DNA of 64,000 nt, taken from positions 6,232-70,231 of IMG/VR virus record IMGVR_UViG_2684622848_000004. The stretch is one strand, 5' to 3'. The notes under the pieces were generated by a model. The model was given only the letters and a program-made list of their open reading frames with translations. It ran no database searches and was not told the DNA's origin. This stretch comes from a virus. Made by a program: the position numbers and the translations under genes. Positions 54,878-64,000 of this stretch are shown here, piece after piece (position 1 is the stretch's first letter; every line of letters begins with the position of its first letter).

Positions 54878-55402
54878 ATGAATGCATTTACTCCAAGCAA
54901 AGACCTTAAAAAGCAAGCACGCCCCTTCGGATTGACAGAGCGCGAGATGGAATGTGCAGACGCGCTGATCTCAGGCAAAACATCGGCTGAGACTGCAAAG
55001 GATCTGGGGCTCTCACAATCGACTGTGGTCGGCTACATCACAACAGCAAAGCAGAAGACCGGCGACACGACAATTTACCACCTGTGCGCTCGCATGGCTG
55101 CCTACAAAGAACGTCAGAAGGTGGTGGACTATCTGCGTGTTGCTGCCGATGCCGAAAATAACGCCTATCGCTGTTCCCCGTGCACGCACTGCGGCTCGAT
55201 CTCTCTAAGCCGCTATAGGCTGCTTTCTACGGTCGCTGGAGTGGTTGATAGCGGTTTAGCTGGCCCCGCCTTTATCAACCCAACTGGCCTGAGCAGTCGT
55301 GATGGCAACACTATCGCGTATTTGACGCCTGAACAGTTGGTGGAGGAGCACGCTGCACTGGATGTGCTGCAGAACAGCCCCAGTGTGGAAGGAGAAGGCT
55401 GA
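54878..55402 (+). CDS. LuxR-type HTH protein
   Basis: LTERE.EC...L..GKTS.E.A..LGLS..TV..Y....K.K. Confidence 0.85.
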   Translation: MNAFTPSKDLKKQARPFGLTEREMECADALISGKTSAETAKDLGLSQSTVVGYITTAKQKTGDTTIYHLCARMAAYKERQKVVDYLRVAADAENNAYRCSPCTHCGSISLSRYRLLSTVAGVVDSGLAGPAFINPTGLSSRDGNTIAYLTPEQLVEEHAALDVLQNSPSVEGEG

Positions 55403-56346
55403 TGGCTGAGAACACCAACATTGAATGGTGCGACCACACCTTTAATCCTTGGATGGGCTGCACCAAGATAAGTCCTGCGTGCGACAACTGCTACGCGGAA
55501 GCAATGATGCAAGAGCGCCTTAAAAAGGTGAAATGGGGAGCAAAAGAGCCTCGTCAACGTACCAGCTCCATGAACTGGAAAATGCCGCTCAAGTGGGACC
55601 GTGATGCGCGGATCACAAGCACCCGTCCTCGTGTTTTCTGCGCTTCTCTTGCAGACGTGTTTGATAAAGAAGCCCCGCAGGAGTGGCGTGAAGATCTATG
55701 GAGCCTAATTGAGGCGACCCCTCACCTTGATTGGCTTATTCTGACAAAGCGCCCACAGAACATCCAGAAGCTTTGCCACTGGAGCTACGGTACCTTTCCG
55801 GACAATGTTTGGATGGGTGCCACAGTTGAGGATAAAGCGTCAGCAGCGCAGCGCATCAAGCATCTGGGACAAACACCATGTAAGGTTCGCTTCCTCTCCT
55901 GTGAGCCCTTGATGGAGCCTGTAGACCTAACTGATATAGTGGGTTTCTGCGGCGAGAGGTTGAATGCACTGACGGGCTACATCCATGAGCATGACTCTTG
56001 GGTGCATTCCATTGATTGGGTAATTGCAGGCGGAGAAAGTGGATCTCGCGCGCGTCCTACTCACCCTGATTGCTTCCGCTCCCTTCGCGACCAATGCGCC
56101 GCTGCCGGGGTTCCATTTCTCTTCAAACAATGGGGGGAATGGTTGCCAATTGAACGCACACCCGAGATTGAGAATAAGATCACGATGCCTGGTCAAAATA
56201 GCGGACTTTGGGCATGGCCTGACGGCACAAGAGACGGCTGGAAGAACGGGATTGTGAGCGCCCGTTTAGGCAAAAAAACCGCAGGTCGCTTGCTCGATGG
56301 CATCGAGCACCACCAATTCCCTTCACCCTTGAAGGAAGCAGCGTGA
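55402..56346 (+). CDS. DUF5131 (phage Gp37/Gp68) protein
   Basis: TNIEWCDHTFNPW.GCTKISP.C.NCYA, VFC.S.AD.F, LTKRP, FLS.EPL, GGESG, FLFKQWG. Confidence 0.93.
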   Translation: MAENTNIEWCDHTFNPWMGCTKISPACDNCYAEAMMQERLKKVKWGAKEPRQRTSSMNWKMPLKWDRDARITSTRPRVFCASLADVFDKEAPQEWREDLWSLIEATPHLDWLILTKRPQNIQKLCHWSYGTFPDNVWMGATVEDKASAAQRIKHLGQTPCKVRFLSCEPLMEPVDLTDIVGFCGERLNALTGYIHEHDSWVHSIDWVIAGGESGSRARPTHPDCFRSLRDQCAAAGVPFLFKQWGEWLPIERTPEIENKITMPGQNSGLWAWPDGTRDGWKNGIVSARLGKKTAGRLLDGIEHHQFPSPLKEAA

Positions 56347-56741
56347 TGAGTTCCCGAATCCTACGCCCGAGCACCGCCTTCACCCTTGACCCCTCAGGGA
56401 AAGAGAAGAAGCGCAAAAAGGATGAAGGCCACCTGGCCTTTGTCCGTAAGCTCCCTTGCCTGATCACTGGCCGGTATGGCGTTGACCCTTGCCACATCCG
56501 CTATGGCGACCCGCTTTACAACAAGTCGCGGACTGGCAAAGCCACCAAGCCTGATGATTGCTGGGTCGTTCCGATGATCAGGGAAAAGCATGACGAGCAG
56601 CACAGCCAGAATGAGCACCTGTTCTGGAAAACCCAAGGCATCGACCCGCTCGCAGTCGCACGAGATCTTTACGCTATCTCTGGCGATGAGGAAGCCGCAC
56701 AGCGGATCATTGCAGCAGCAAGAGTGAGGAAGAGGATATGA
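56343..56741 (+). CDS. DUF968-like protein
   Basis: HLAFVR.LPCL, CHIR, KPDD.W.VP...H.EQH. Confidence 0.75.
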   Translation: MMSSRILRPSTAFTLDPSGKEKKRKKDEGHLAFVRKLPCLITGRYGVDPCHIRYGDPLYNKSRTGKATKPDDCWVVPMIREKHDEQHSQNEHLFWKTQGIDPLAVARDLYAISGDEEAAQRIIAAARVRKRI

Positions 56742-57337
56742 GTTGCGCAATAAGAATAGAGAGGATTGTTTCGAACTTCTCCAATCTTGGTGGAGGATGG
56801 AGAGAGCAACGGAACTACGTCCTCAACCGAATGCCAACCGCAGAGTATGAATGGCTTGATAGCAAACTGCTGCAAGCTAAAGACGGCCCATTCTATAGGT
56901 TTTTGGGATGGGATGGCAGGTCGCACAACAAGCCAGAAATTGCACGCCACAGTATTGATCTAGCGTTTGCGGGCGCAAGGTTTGACGTTCCCATGAAGGA
57001 TGGCAGCAAAATTGCAGCTTGGGGGCAGCTTTGGCAAGTTGCCGGACCTCAAGAGCCTGAACGGATCGCGGTCGGACTTAGCACCGAAGAAGACTTGCGG
57101 GGCTGCTTTTGCTTTGTCGGCGGCTATGAAGTGCATGCAGTGGAGTTTCAGAAGCTCATTGACGAGTACAAAGAGCGGACTGGCGGTGTTGTTTATGACT
57201 ATCGCACCTTGCAAGACGCCTGGCACTTCAGGAAGTGCTGGAATAACGATCGCAAGAAAGTCAGCTACTTAAATCGCAAATGTGAAGCGCTTAAGCGACA
57301 GATGGTGCTTCAGGCTGTCAAGAAGGAGGCTGTTTGA
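56738..57337 (+). CDS. Hypothetical protein
   Basis: ATGA-coupled ORF. Confidence 0.65.
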   Translation: MSCAIRIERIVSNFSNLGGGWREQRNYVLNRMPTAEYEWLDSKLLQAKDGPFYRFLGWDGRSHNKPEIARHSIDLAFAGARFDVPMKDGSKIAAWGQLWQVAGPQEPERIAVGLSTEEDLRGCFCFVGGYEVHAVEFQKLIDEYKERTGGVVYDYRTLQDAWHFRKCWNNDRKKVSYLNRKCEALKRQMVLQAVKKEAV

Positions 57338-57489
57338 TGGCTGCACTTGCTGCTGGTTTCATAGGCGCATCTGCTGTTGCTGGAGCCGTTTACTTAATCG
57401 CGCAAGGCGGTAAGGACGGTTGGGGTTGGCTACTCTTCATAGCCTTCTTGTGCCTCTTTGCCCTTGAGGAAATTGGGGGTGCTAAATAA
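57337..57489 (+). CDS. 50-aa two-helix membrane protein (not in ORF track)
   Basis: AGGAGG RBS, TGATG and TAATG coupling at both ends; MAALAAGFIG..GKDGWGWLLFIAFL. Confidence 0.7.
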   Translation: MAALAAGFIGASAVAGAVYLIAQGGKDGWGWLLFIAFLCLFALEEIGGAK

Positions 57490-58208
57490 TGTCTACCAGA
57501 CCAATCTTATTCTCCGGCCCGATGGTCAATGCCTTACTTGAAGGGCGTAAGACACAGACGCGGCGCATACTGAACAGGCTCAAAGGCTATCCCGCGCTTA
57601 GCGATTTCATGCTCAGCGAAACGAAAGGTTTCGACTGGGAGTTCCGGCGCAAAGACAAAGTATGGTGCTCATTCAGACACGAGGATTTACTTAAGATAAT
57701 GCCGCACCTTGTTGGCGATCTGCTCTATGTTCGTGAGAGATTTTCGGCGCCAGCAATCAATGACTTCATCAAGTACAACATACCACCACAGCATTGGGAG
57801 AATGTGGCCCTCAATGAGTACGGAATGCACTTCTGGGCAGATGGTGAGCCAGAATTTGGCGACTGGGAAAAGCCTAAACCTTCAATTCACATGCCGCGCA
57901 AGCTTTCCCGCATCACGCTGGAAGTGACTGGTGTGCGCGTAGAGCGGTTGCAGGACATCAGCACACCTGATGCGATTGCAGAAGGTATCGAAGAGGCATT
58001 ACGTCCCTCCTGGCACCATGACCGCCGATGGAAAGATTACAGCAGCAAAGCTGAGTATCTACCCCACCCAAATGAAAGCTTCCGTTCGCTCTGGGACTCC
58101 CTCAACAAAGCCCGTGGCTTTGGCTGGGATGCAAATCCATGGGTAAGCGTCACTGAGTTCAAGGTTCACGAGTGCAACGTTGATGAGTTTGAACGGGAGG
58201 CCGCGTAA
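57489..58208 (+). CDS. Conserved phage protein (ASCH/PUA-like)
   Basis: RPILFSGPMV.A.LEGRKTQTRR, LYVRE, W.PSIHMPR..SRITLEVT.VR.ERLQDI, W..NPWV. Confidence 0.85.
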   Translation: MSTRPILFSGPMVNALLEGRKTQTRRILNRLKGYPALSDFMLSETKGFDWEFRRKDKVWCSFRHEDLLKIMPHLVGDLLYVRERFSAPAINDFIKYNIPPQHWENVALNEYGMHFWADGEPEFGDWEKPKPSIHMPRKLSRITLEVTGVRVERLQDISTPDAIAEGIEEALRPSWHHDRRWKDYSSKAEYLPHPNESFRSLWDSLNKARGFGWDANPWVSVTEFKVHECNVDEFEREAA

Positions 58209-58525
58209 TGTCCAGCTTGTCACAAGCAGTAAAAGAAATCGAGAGTCTTGCTAAAGACCTAGAGGCCGCAAAAACCGCTCTTAAGTGCATTGAGACCCCT
58301 GCCTCAGTTGAGTCCATCCAACTTAGCTTTGAGCGATGCCATTTAGATCTAGGCTATCGCAACACCATGCTTATTGGAGATGCTACCAAAAGGGCCATCG
58401 AACAGGCGATAAGGGCGGACTTTTCGAGCTACCTCAAGCGCGCTATCGAAGCCATGGAAGCCGATCTTAAAGAACGCAACGAAAAGATGCTCATTCAGGC
58501 AGCACAGTTCGTAGCAGGTAGGTAG
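58208..58525 (+). CDS. Hypothetical protein
   Basis: GGAGG RBS, TAATG coupling. Confidence 0.65.
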   Translation: MSSLSQAVKEIESLAKDLEAAKTALKCIETPASVESIQLSFERCHLDLGYRNTMLIGDATKRAIEQAIRADFSSYLKRAIEAMEADLKERNEKMLIQAAQFVAGR

Positions 58526-58530
58526 ACAGC

Positions 58531-59304
58531 ATGACAGACATGTCACTACTCCTTGACCGGTTAAACAAAGTTCAAGGGATCGGCTCAATGCTGGATTACC
58601 AGGTATCTCTCTTGGAGCTTCGGGCCGTACTTGGTCATATTCGGGACCAGAAAGACCTCATTAAGATCCTATTAGAAGCCCTTGAAAATCTTGAAAATGA
58701 TGACCGGCAGCAGATGCCGCCATCTGCATGGCAACTGGTGCAAGAAGCAATCAAAGCTGCTGGAGGAGCTTCCAAGCCCTTCACAACCCCTTCAGCCGAT
58801 TGGCGCGAGAACGGAGAAGAAGATCCGCATGGCAAGCGATACGACTGCAAACGCCATGAAACCACAGGCGGGCATTTGTCCGATGATCAGGTTGCGAACA
58901 TGCAGTTCATGTGCAGCAACGACCTTGAGAGTGCGACAATTGCAAAGGATCGTATCCGCTGGTTGTCGCGCAAAGTTGTAGCGCACGAAGCAGAGCTTGA
59001 GCAGCTCAAATCTGACTTGCAAGACAAACACAAAGTCCTCTCCAACATCCATATGGGCGACATTGCACCGGGACTGACAGAGGAAGACGTTGCAAGTCTG
59101 TTTCCTGAATTGATTGAGAAAGCTTGCTCTGAACTATGTGAGAAGATTTGCCACTTGATAGAGGGCAAGGCACGCACAAAGGAAAGAGTTGGGGACTCAA
59201 TGCACAGCAACGGCCGTGGAATTGCAGGAACTTGGCTGCTTGCAGCAGCCGACGAGTTTCGAGCTCTTAAGAAGGAAGTTCAATCACTGAAAGGGGAAGC
59301 TTGA
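58531..59304 (+). CDS. Hypothetical coiled-coil protein
   Basis: 257 aa, W...GE.DPHG.RY.C.R motif. Confidence 0.65.
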   Translation: MTDMSLLLDRLNKVQGIGSMLDYQVSLLELRAVLGHIRDQKDLIKILLEALENLENDDRQQMPPSAWQLVQEAIKAAGGASKPFTTPSADWRENGEEDPHGKRYDCKRHETTGGHLSDDQVANMQFMCSNDLESATIAKDRIRWLSRKVVAHEAELEQLKSDLQDKHKVLSNIHMGDIAPGLTEEDVASLFPELIEKACSELCEKICHLIEGKARTKERVGDSMHSNGRGIAGTWLLAAADEFRALKKEVQSLKGEA

Positions 59305-59666
59305 TGCCGCGAAGAAAGATACTTGGGAGATCAATGAAGAACCGTCCCAGCTTCTACTTTCACCGACTAAGGCGCCGAGATTACACCCTGAATGAGCTGT
59401 CGCGATACCCAGAACTTAGGCGGGTAATGCGAGCAGGCTTGGATAGCGCGAAGTCCAGAGGGTTAGTGATTTGTGACCCTAATACCGGCCGCTGGTCACT
59501 TACAGAGAAGGGTAAAGATCGAGAGGCGTGGGGTAAGTTACCAAAGGAACTGGGGGCAGAGTTTGAGAACCCTATGCCTAATCCCCCACTGCTCCAGAAC
59601 AAGGCGCAAGCCCCTACCCCAAGGCCACACAGAGTGGATCTGCGCCAAGCACTACAAGCTCGTTGA
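59301..59666 (+). CDS. Hypothetical basic protein
   Basis: Coupled start; C-terminal ~33 aa overlap next gene. Confidence 0.45.
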   Translation: MMPRRKILGRSMKNRPSFYFHRLRRRDYTLNELSRYPELRRVMRAGLDSAKSRGLVICDPNTGRWSLTEKGKDREAWGKLPKELGAEFENPMPNPPLLQNKAQAPTPRPHRVDLRQALQAR

Positions 59667-59781
59667 TAAAGACCTAAAGAACCTTCGCCAGCGCGCAACC
59701 AGAAACAAGCGCTGGAACCTCGTCGGGCTCTGCTGGGAGAGGATGAAGCGTCAGGCAACAGAGAGAGGAATGGGGATTTGA
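59563..59781 (+). CDS. Small Cys/His zinc-binding phage protein
   Basis: C..P.C.RT...EWIC.KH...W...KR.A.E..GI; TTG start after GGGGG. Confidence 0.6.
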   Translation: MRTLCLIPHCSRTRRKPLPQGHTEWICAKHYKLVDKDLKNLRQRATRNKRWNLVGLCWERMKRQATERGMGI

Positions 59782-59976
59782 GTGAAGCTGAAAAAGATAC
59801 ACAGCGAGCCCTTGCAGCTGCAGAAGGTATCTATGCAACGGGCAGTTCAGGTTTCCCATCAGCGTATTCTCTTTCCTGTTTGGGGTGTCGTCACATCTGG
59901 AGACCACGCCAAGCGACCGTCGATAAGGTTTTGAAAGCTCATCTTGAGCAGTAGTCCAACAACCCTGGAGGTGAGA

Positions 59977-60243
59977 GTGGCTGAATACCCGCAAAATTTG
60001 ACCGAGGAACTGCGTGACGTGCTGGGCCTAATGATTATGCAAACCTGCCCAATCGCACACGCATTACGCAGAGGCGGCGAAGACATTCCACACAAGACTG
60101 AAGCTGAACAAGCTTATGTCCTGCACTGGCTGATTGGCCTCACCCTAGAGCATGGCGAGGGCTGGCGCGAAAAAGTAGGTGAGCGCCTCCAGCATATCGC
60201 CGCTGATGCAAGAGCGGAACAGTCCAACAAAGTCGGTAGGTGA
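59977..60243 (+). CDS. Conserved phage hypothetical protein
   Basis: GGAGG RBS + GTG; C.PIAH.LR.GG.DIP.K.EAEQA.VLHW motif. Confidence 0.7.
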   Translation: MAEYPQNLTEELRDVLGLMIMQTCPIAHALRRGGEDIPHKTEAEQAYVLHWLIGLTLEHGEGWREKVGERLQHIAADARAEQSNKVGR

Positions 60244-60247
60244 AACA

Positions 60248-60631
60248 ATGAGTAGACCAATCTCACCAGAAATATTTAGGATGGCCTCCGAAGCCACGTT
60301 GGAAGATCTTCGCAAGGCTATGGGGGGGGCTCTTCTGGTCGGCCATACCAAGGCTGCTGAGATACTTGGTACTGATACAGAGATACTTTTCACAGCTGGC
60401 GACAAAGGAGAGATCAAGTTTAAGGTAAAGGGTAAGCGCCGTTACTACTCTTTACCGTTCTTATTTGAATATTTACTAACGCCCAGAAAGGAGGCAGCAT
60501 GTCCGTCTTTAGGTTTAAAGACAACAAGGGGAACTACAAAAGTAAAGAATTCTACTACGACTTCCAGTGGCACGGTCGTCGCTATTACGGGAGCACGGGG
60601 AAAACCAAAAAGCGGGAAGCGGAGAACGTAG
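60248..60631 (+). CDS. Putative excisionase (HTH)
   Basis: AAEILG...L......G.I.F...GKRR.Y pattern directly upstream of and overlapping int. Confidence 0.65.
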   Translation: MSRPISPEIFRMASEATLEDLRKAMGGALLVGHTKAAEILGTDTEILFTAGDKGEIKFKVKGKRRYYSLPFLFEYLLTPRKEAACPSLGLKTTRGTTKVKNSTTTSSGTVVAITGARGKPKSGKRRT

Positions 60632-61668
60632 AAAAACTGGTTCGTGACAAGCTCAAAACGCCAGTTGACATCACTAGAATTGACGATGCCTTCGATCAGT
60701 TTTGGGAAGAGAAGGCGAAACACCAATCCGACCCAAGCACCCTTTCCTGGCGGATGCAACTACTGCAAGACAATCTTATTGACATCTTGGATGAAGACAG
60801 ACTGCCTTTTAATCTTGCGGAGATCCGCACCAAGCACCTATCCAAATATGTTGCAAAACGTAGGGATCAGCCAAATAAACGCAATAGGCTCCCTGCCCCA
60901 GCCACGATAAACCGTGAGATTCAGCTGCTTCGGACCATCATGAACTATGCTTATGATATCTGGGAAACGGACTTGAAACTTCCAAGCTTTGGAAAGGTGC
61001 TACTGTCAGAGCCGCAAGCCCGTGTCGTTGAAGTGACCAAGGATGAGCAGAGCAGAATAAAAGAGCACTTGCGGGAAGACTTCCATGACCTCCTTGATTT
61101 TCTGATTTATGCAGGCCCAAGAGCATCCAATGTCATGGTGCGTAGTGGTGTTGTCTTAAGAGACGAGCACATAGACTTTGTAGCGATGGTAATGAAGTTC
61201 TATGTGAAGTCGAAATTGCCCGGAGGTCGTGAGATTGCGATCCCAATCACATCACCTATGGCAGCAATCCTTTCCAATAACATTGGAAACCATCCTGACG
61301 CTGTATTTACATATATCGCACAAAGTACGCGAAATGGCCGGGAACGAGGGAAACGGTATCCCATCACTCACGGTGCTTTTTATAGCTACTTCAAAGCCGC
61401 TGCGAAGAAAATTGGCAATCCCAAACTGCGTGTACATGACCTTCGTCACACTGCTGCGACCAGGACACTTCGAGCAACCAGGAACCTTTTGGTAGCGCGT
61501 GACCTTCTTGGGCATACTCGATCCAGCACTACAGAAAAATATGCTCACCTCATGACAGATGATCTGCGAGTTCAGTTGGAGCAGGCTCACTCCGAGACTG
61601 ATCAAGCTGTTGAATCACTCCCAAAAAAACCGTCGAAGAAAACTCTGAAAGGCAAACGTAGAAAGTAG
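60499..61668 (+). CDS. int: Tyrosine integrase
   Basis: AGGAGG RBS; YYDF..GRR..GSTG arm domain; catalytic R (GPRAS), HDLRH, LGH, TEKY. Confidence 0.97.
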   Translation: MSVFRFKDNKGNYKSKEFYYDFQWHGRRYYGSTGKTKKREAENVEKLVRDKLKTPVDITRIDDAFDQFWEEKAKHQSDPSTLSWRMQLLQDNLIDILDEDRLPFNLAEIRTKHLSKYVAKRRDQPNKRNRLPAPATINREIQLLRTIMNYAYDIWETDLKLPSFGKVLLSEPQARVVEVTKDEQSRIKEHLREDFHDLLDFLIYAGPRASNVMVRSGVVLRDEHIDFVAMVMKFYVKSKLPGGREIAIPITSPMAAILSNNIGNHPDAVFTYIAQSTRNGRERGKRYPITHGAFYSYFKAAAKKIGNPKLRVHDLRHTAATRTLRATRNLLVARDLLGHTRSSTTEKYAHLMTDDLRVQLEQAHSETDQAVESLPKKPSKKTLKGKRRK

Positions 61669-61842
61669 TGCTCCACTTTTACGAGGGGTCTGCTACAGCT
61701 CCAAGTATGAACATCAGGCGTCTAGGGAATTCAAGAAAAAGCTCGGGATCCGCCATAAACTCCCAGAAAAGTCCCAGACCTAACCCGTATCATGACGCTA
61801 ACCCTCTAAGAAAAAAGCGATATTTCTATTGCACTTACATTC

Positions 61843-61900
61843 CTTGAAAACCGGCGAGCGTGTAAGCGTTCCGTGGGTTCGAATCCCACCCCCTCCGCCA
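61843..61900 (+). other. att core: 3' half of tRNA-Ser(TGA), anticodon loop to CCA
   Basis: CTTGAAAACCGG-long variable arm-GTGGGTTCGAATCCCACCCCCTCCGCCA; 5' half absent. Confidence 0.92.
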
Positions 61901-61933
61901 TCACTATTTGTTCTAAGTAGTTGATGATTAAAG

Positions 61934-61961
61934 AAAAACCCGCGAAAGCGGGCTTTTTTTT
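61934..61961 (+). terminator. Intrinsic terminator downstream of att
   Basis: CCCGC-GAAA-GCGGG followed by T8. Confidence 0.75.
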
Positions 61962-62575
61962 GCCGTTTCGTTACCCGTAGAGGGTAACATATAAGGTTTT
62001 TAGAACCCAAAAAGTTCTCTCTAAGAACCCCAAATCCCCCTCTGAATTCTGATGGTATTTCTTTTTTTTGGAGTTTCCTTTTACCATTACGGGCAAGCTT
62101 TAAGCGCAGACTTATGTGCAATCTTCAAATGTAGGGCAATTTGTAGGACATGTACCGCATCTAACTTTCACAGCATCTATTTGCATTCCTGTGAGGTGAA
62201 AATAAAGCATCGCTCCAAATGGGAGTAAATTCGGAGAGTTTTTACCCTGAGGGTCATGAGCTGCCATTCAGGTGTTTCTATCATGGGTTGAGACACGTCC
62301 AACTGAAGGCTTCTACAGTAACTCTTATGGACGATCTGGAAACTACCCGACTGACCACTTGCGGACATACAGGTGTTTCTATCGAAAGTTGGGCTGGCTT
62401 CTAAGGAGGTTGATGCAAACGTTTTTGTGAGTACTCCTTTATTACCTGCTTCGGCGCAATCCCCTCACTGGAAAGTAGCTTGATACCGCAGTGCAACTTC
62501 AACAGATTAGCCTTTCATGCACCGTGCAATATTTTCGAAACGCGGTTCAAGTGAGCTGGATTCTTGCCCTCCAAG

Positions 62576-63578
62576 GGCCGTGTTGCGCAAAGCAAGTTCA
62601 GCTTACGGCCACGCCCTTAGCCTCCATCTTCTAATCTTCCAACTTACGGGACTTGAGTGTGGTCGCGATGACTTGTTTGTAGCGCGCCACTAAGGTCTCC
62701 CCTTGTAAGCGCGCCCGTATCCTTTCTACTTTTGCCAGCCCACTCTGCCATGTCCCTCTATGAGCAGAAGATCCCGGTCAGGTGCAGTCGGAGCTGTCGC
62801 AACCTTAAGGCTGGCGATTGCTGTTTTGTGCGGTGGTATGATGACTTCAACGCTTTCATAACGGTCCACTACTTCCTGTCGTGTTGGGAAGTCATCACCA
62901 AGGAACGTGGCAACCAGACCCCCAACATAATCCAGCATATCCGATGCAACGGTTGGATCACCAACATTGTCTACGGTCAGTTCACTGCGCAGAGTTTCGC
63001 CGCTCTCAAGGTCGATCCCGAGGTAAAGTTTTCGCCATATTCGGTGCTTTTTCTTTGTTCCGTGTTTGATTTCCTGCTATTTGCCAGCGCCAAAGACCTT
63101 CAGGCGGTACTATCGATCACGACGGTTGATGGTGCTGATACACATTCTGGTTTGGGCTTGGAAAACACCAGTCCGCCAGAGCGGCGTGACAGAGTAGAGA
63201 AATCACGAACAGGCAAATCAAGACCAATCAGGGCTATGACGGAACGCACAAATTCTTCACTCTGTCGCAAAGCAAGGCTGAAGGCAGACTGGGCGCGAAG
63301 ACAGGTTTTAATTGCAAAATCAAAGAACATGGCAGGTCGACCACGTCGCTTGGGTGTCTGAGCAAACCAGAAATGGGCCACGCTCTCATCTAGCCAGTTA
63401 GTGATATCGCTACGCTGACGTAGGCTCTCTTTATAGTCTGACCAGTTCGTTACCTTGTAGTCGGCTTTAGCGAACTTATGACGACGATCGGCATTGTGTG
63501 TAAACGGCATAAAGAGAACCTTCTAAAAAGAAAAGCTCAGAGAGCCTACACATCATCAGCGAGTTCTGTAACAACGCC
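62576..63578 (-). pseudogene. Decayed IS5-family (IS903-group) element
   Basis: YKVTNWSDY..SLRQR..IT.W, GLDLPV.DFSTLSRR, VIDST then frameshift and stops; imperfect ends GGCGTTGTTACAGAA / GGCCGTGTTGCGCAA. Confidence 0.88.
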
Positions 63579-63703
63579 CACTTAAGTAAGCTCAAGCAAC
63601 AACTATATTTTTACTAGTAATTTTTTGGGGTATGTCAGGATAACGAAGATAGTTAAAGTATGCGACTAAGAAGTTATCAACCCTTTTTGCTTGTGAGTTA
63701 AGC

Positions 63704-64000
63704 ATGCCTAAGCTGTGTTTACTACCTACCATTCTCGGATCCGCTCTCCTTATTCTTTCAAACCCGGCTCTGGCTGATCTGGATCAAACATGTACGGACG
63801 AGCTTGTTTTGGGACGGGATGCGGGCAGTAATCAGCGCTGGTTCGTCTACGGGGACTCAGCTGCAGACTTTATTATTCAGAGCGAAGGCGGCGATGGTTG
63901 GGGCATAGCCCGCGAAACGCTTTCTGTTGCAGTTGGCGACATTGACGGAGATGGACGTGATGAGTTTGCCATTGGGCGTGACGGTGCAGTATCTCAGTCT
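63704..64000 (+). CDS. Secreted FG-GAP/VCBS-repeat protein (partial)
   Basis: Signal peptide MPKLCLLPTILGSALLILSNPALA; AVGDIDGDGRDEFAIG; open to window end. Confidence 0.75.
   Translation, partial: MPKLCLLPTILGSALLILSNPALADLDQTCTDELVLGRDAGSNQRWFVYGDSAADFIIQSEGGDGWGIARETLSVAVGDIDGDGRDEFAIGRDGAVSQS

Larger units (their letters stand above)
1..61900. mobile_element. Prophage (lambda-like head, P2-like contractile tail), left end outside window
   Basis: Contiguous tail, baseplate, head, terminase, replication, cro/cI, recombination and integrase modules ending at a tRNA-Ser 3' fragment (att). Confidence 0.97.

Noticed and set aside
61843-61900. Complete tRNA-Ser gene
   Set aside because: Only anticodon loop to CCA is present; upstream sequence cannot form acceptor or D arms, so it is the att duplication
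1-61900. Lysis cassette (endolysin/holin/spanin)
   Set aside because: None recognised; probably left of the tape measure gene, outside the window
61798-62121. 107-aa minus-strand ORF
   Set aside because: GGGGIRTHG is the usual antisense translation of a tRNA 3' end; artefact
62269-62383. 14-bp direct repeat CAGGTGTTTCTATC
   Set aside because: Two copies in decayed sequence beside an IS relic; no associated structure or gene

Overview
Positions 1-61900 are the right-hand ~62 kb of a temperate alphaproteobacterial prophage; its left end lies outside the window. It has lambda-like head and packaging genes (Nu1/GpA terminase, lambda portal, protease-capsid fusion) joined to a P2-like contractile tail, and it ends at a tyrosine integrase and an att core made of the 3' half of a tRNA-Ser(TGA). 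Left to right: late operon (minus strand, 1-22.0 kb); cos-like site (~22.1 kb); an unusual ~11 kb plus-strand operon (23-33.2 kb: DUF1640, DUF3150-like, MoxR AAA + vWA/metallopeptidase, DUF4942 methylase, beta clamp); accessory genes (HNH nuclease, pentapeptide protein); replication/early-right operon (minus, 37.5-45.7 kb); cro/cI switch; a PAS-like + GNAT-like + structured-RNA module inside the immunity region; early-left recombination operon (48.3-61.7 kb). Right of att are a decayed IS5-family element and a partial secreted FG-GAP protein. The two best candidates for undescribed biology are (i) the immunity-region sensor/acyltransferase module, wired to the repressor's operators next to a cI with no autocleavage domain, and (ii) the cos-proximal operon, which by lambda geometry would be injected first. 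All family assignments come from motif recognition by eye; no database search was run.
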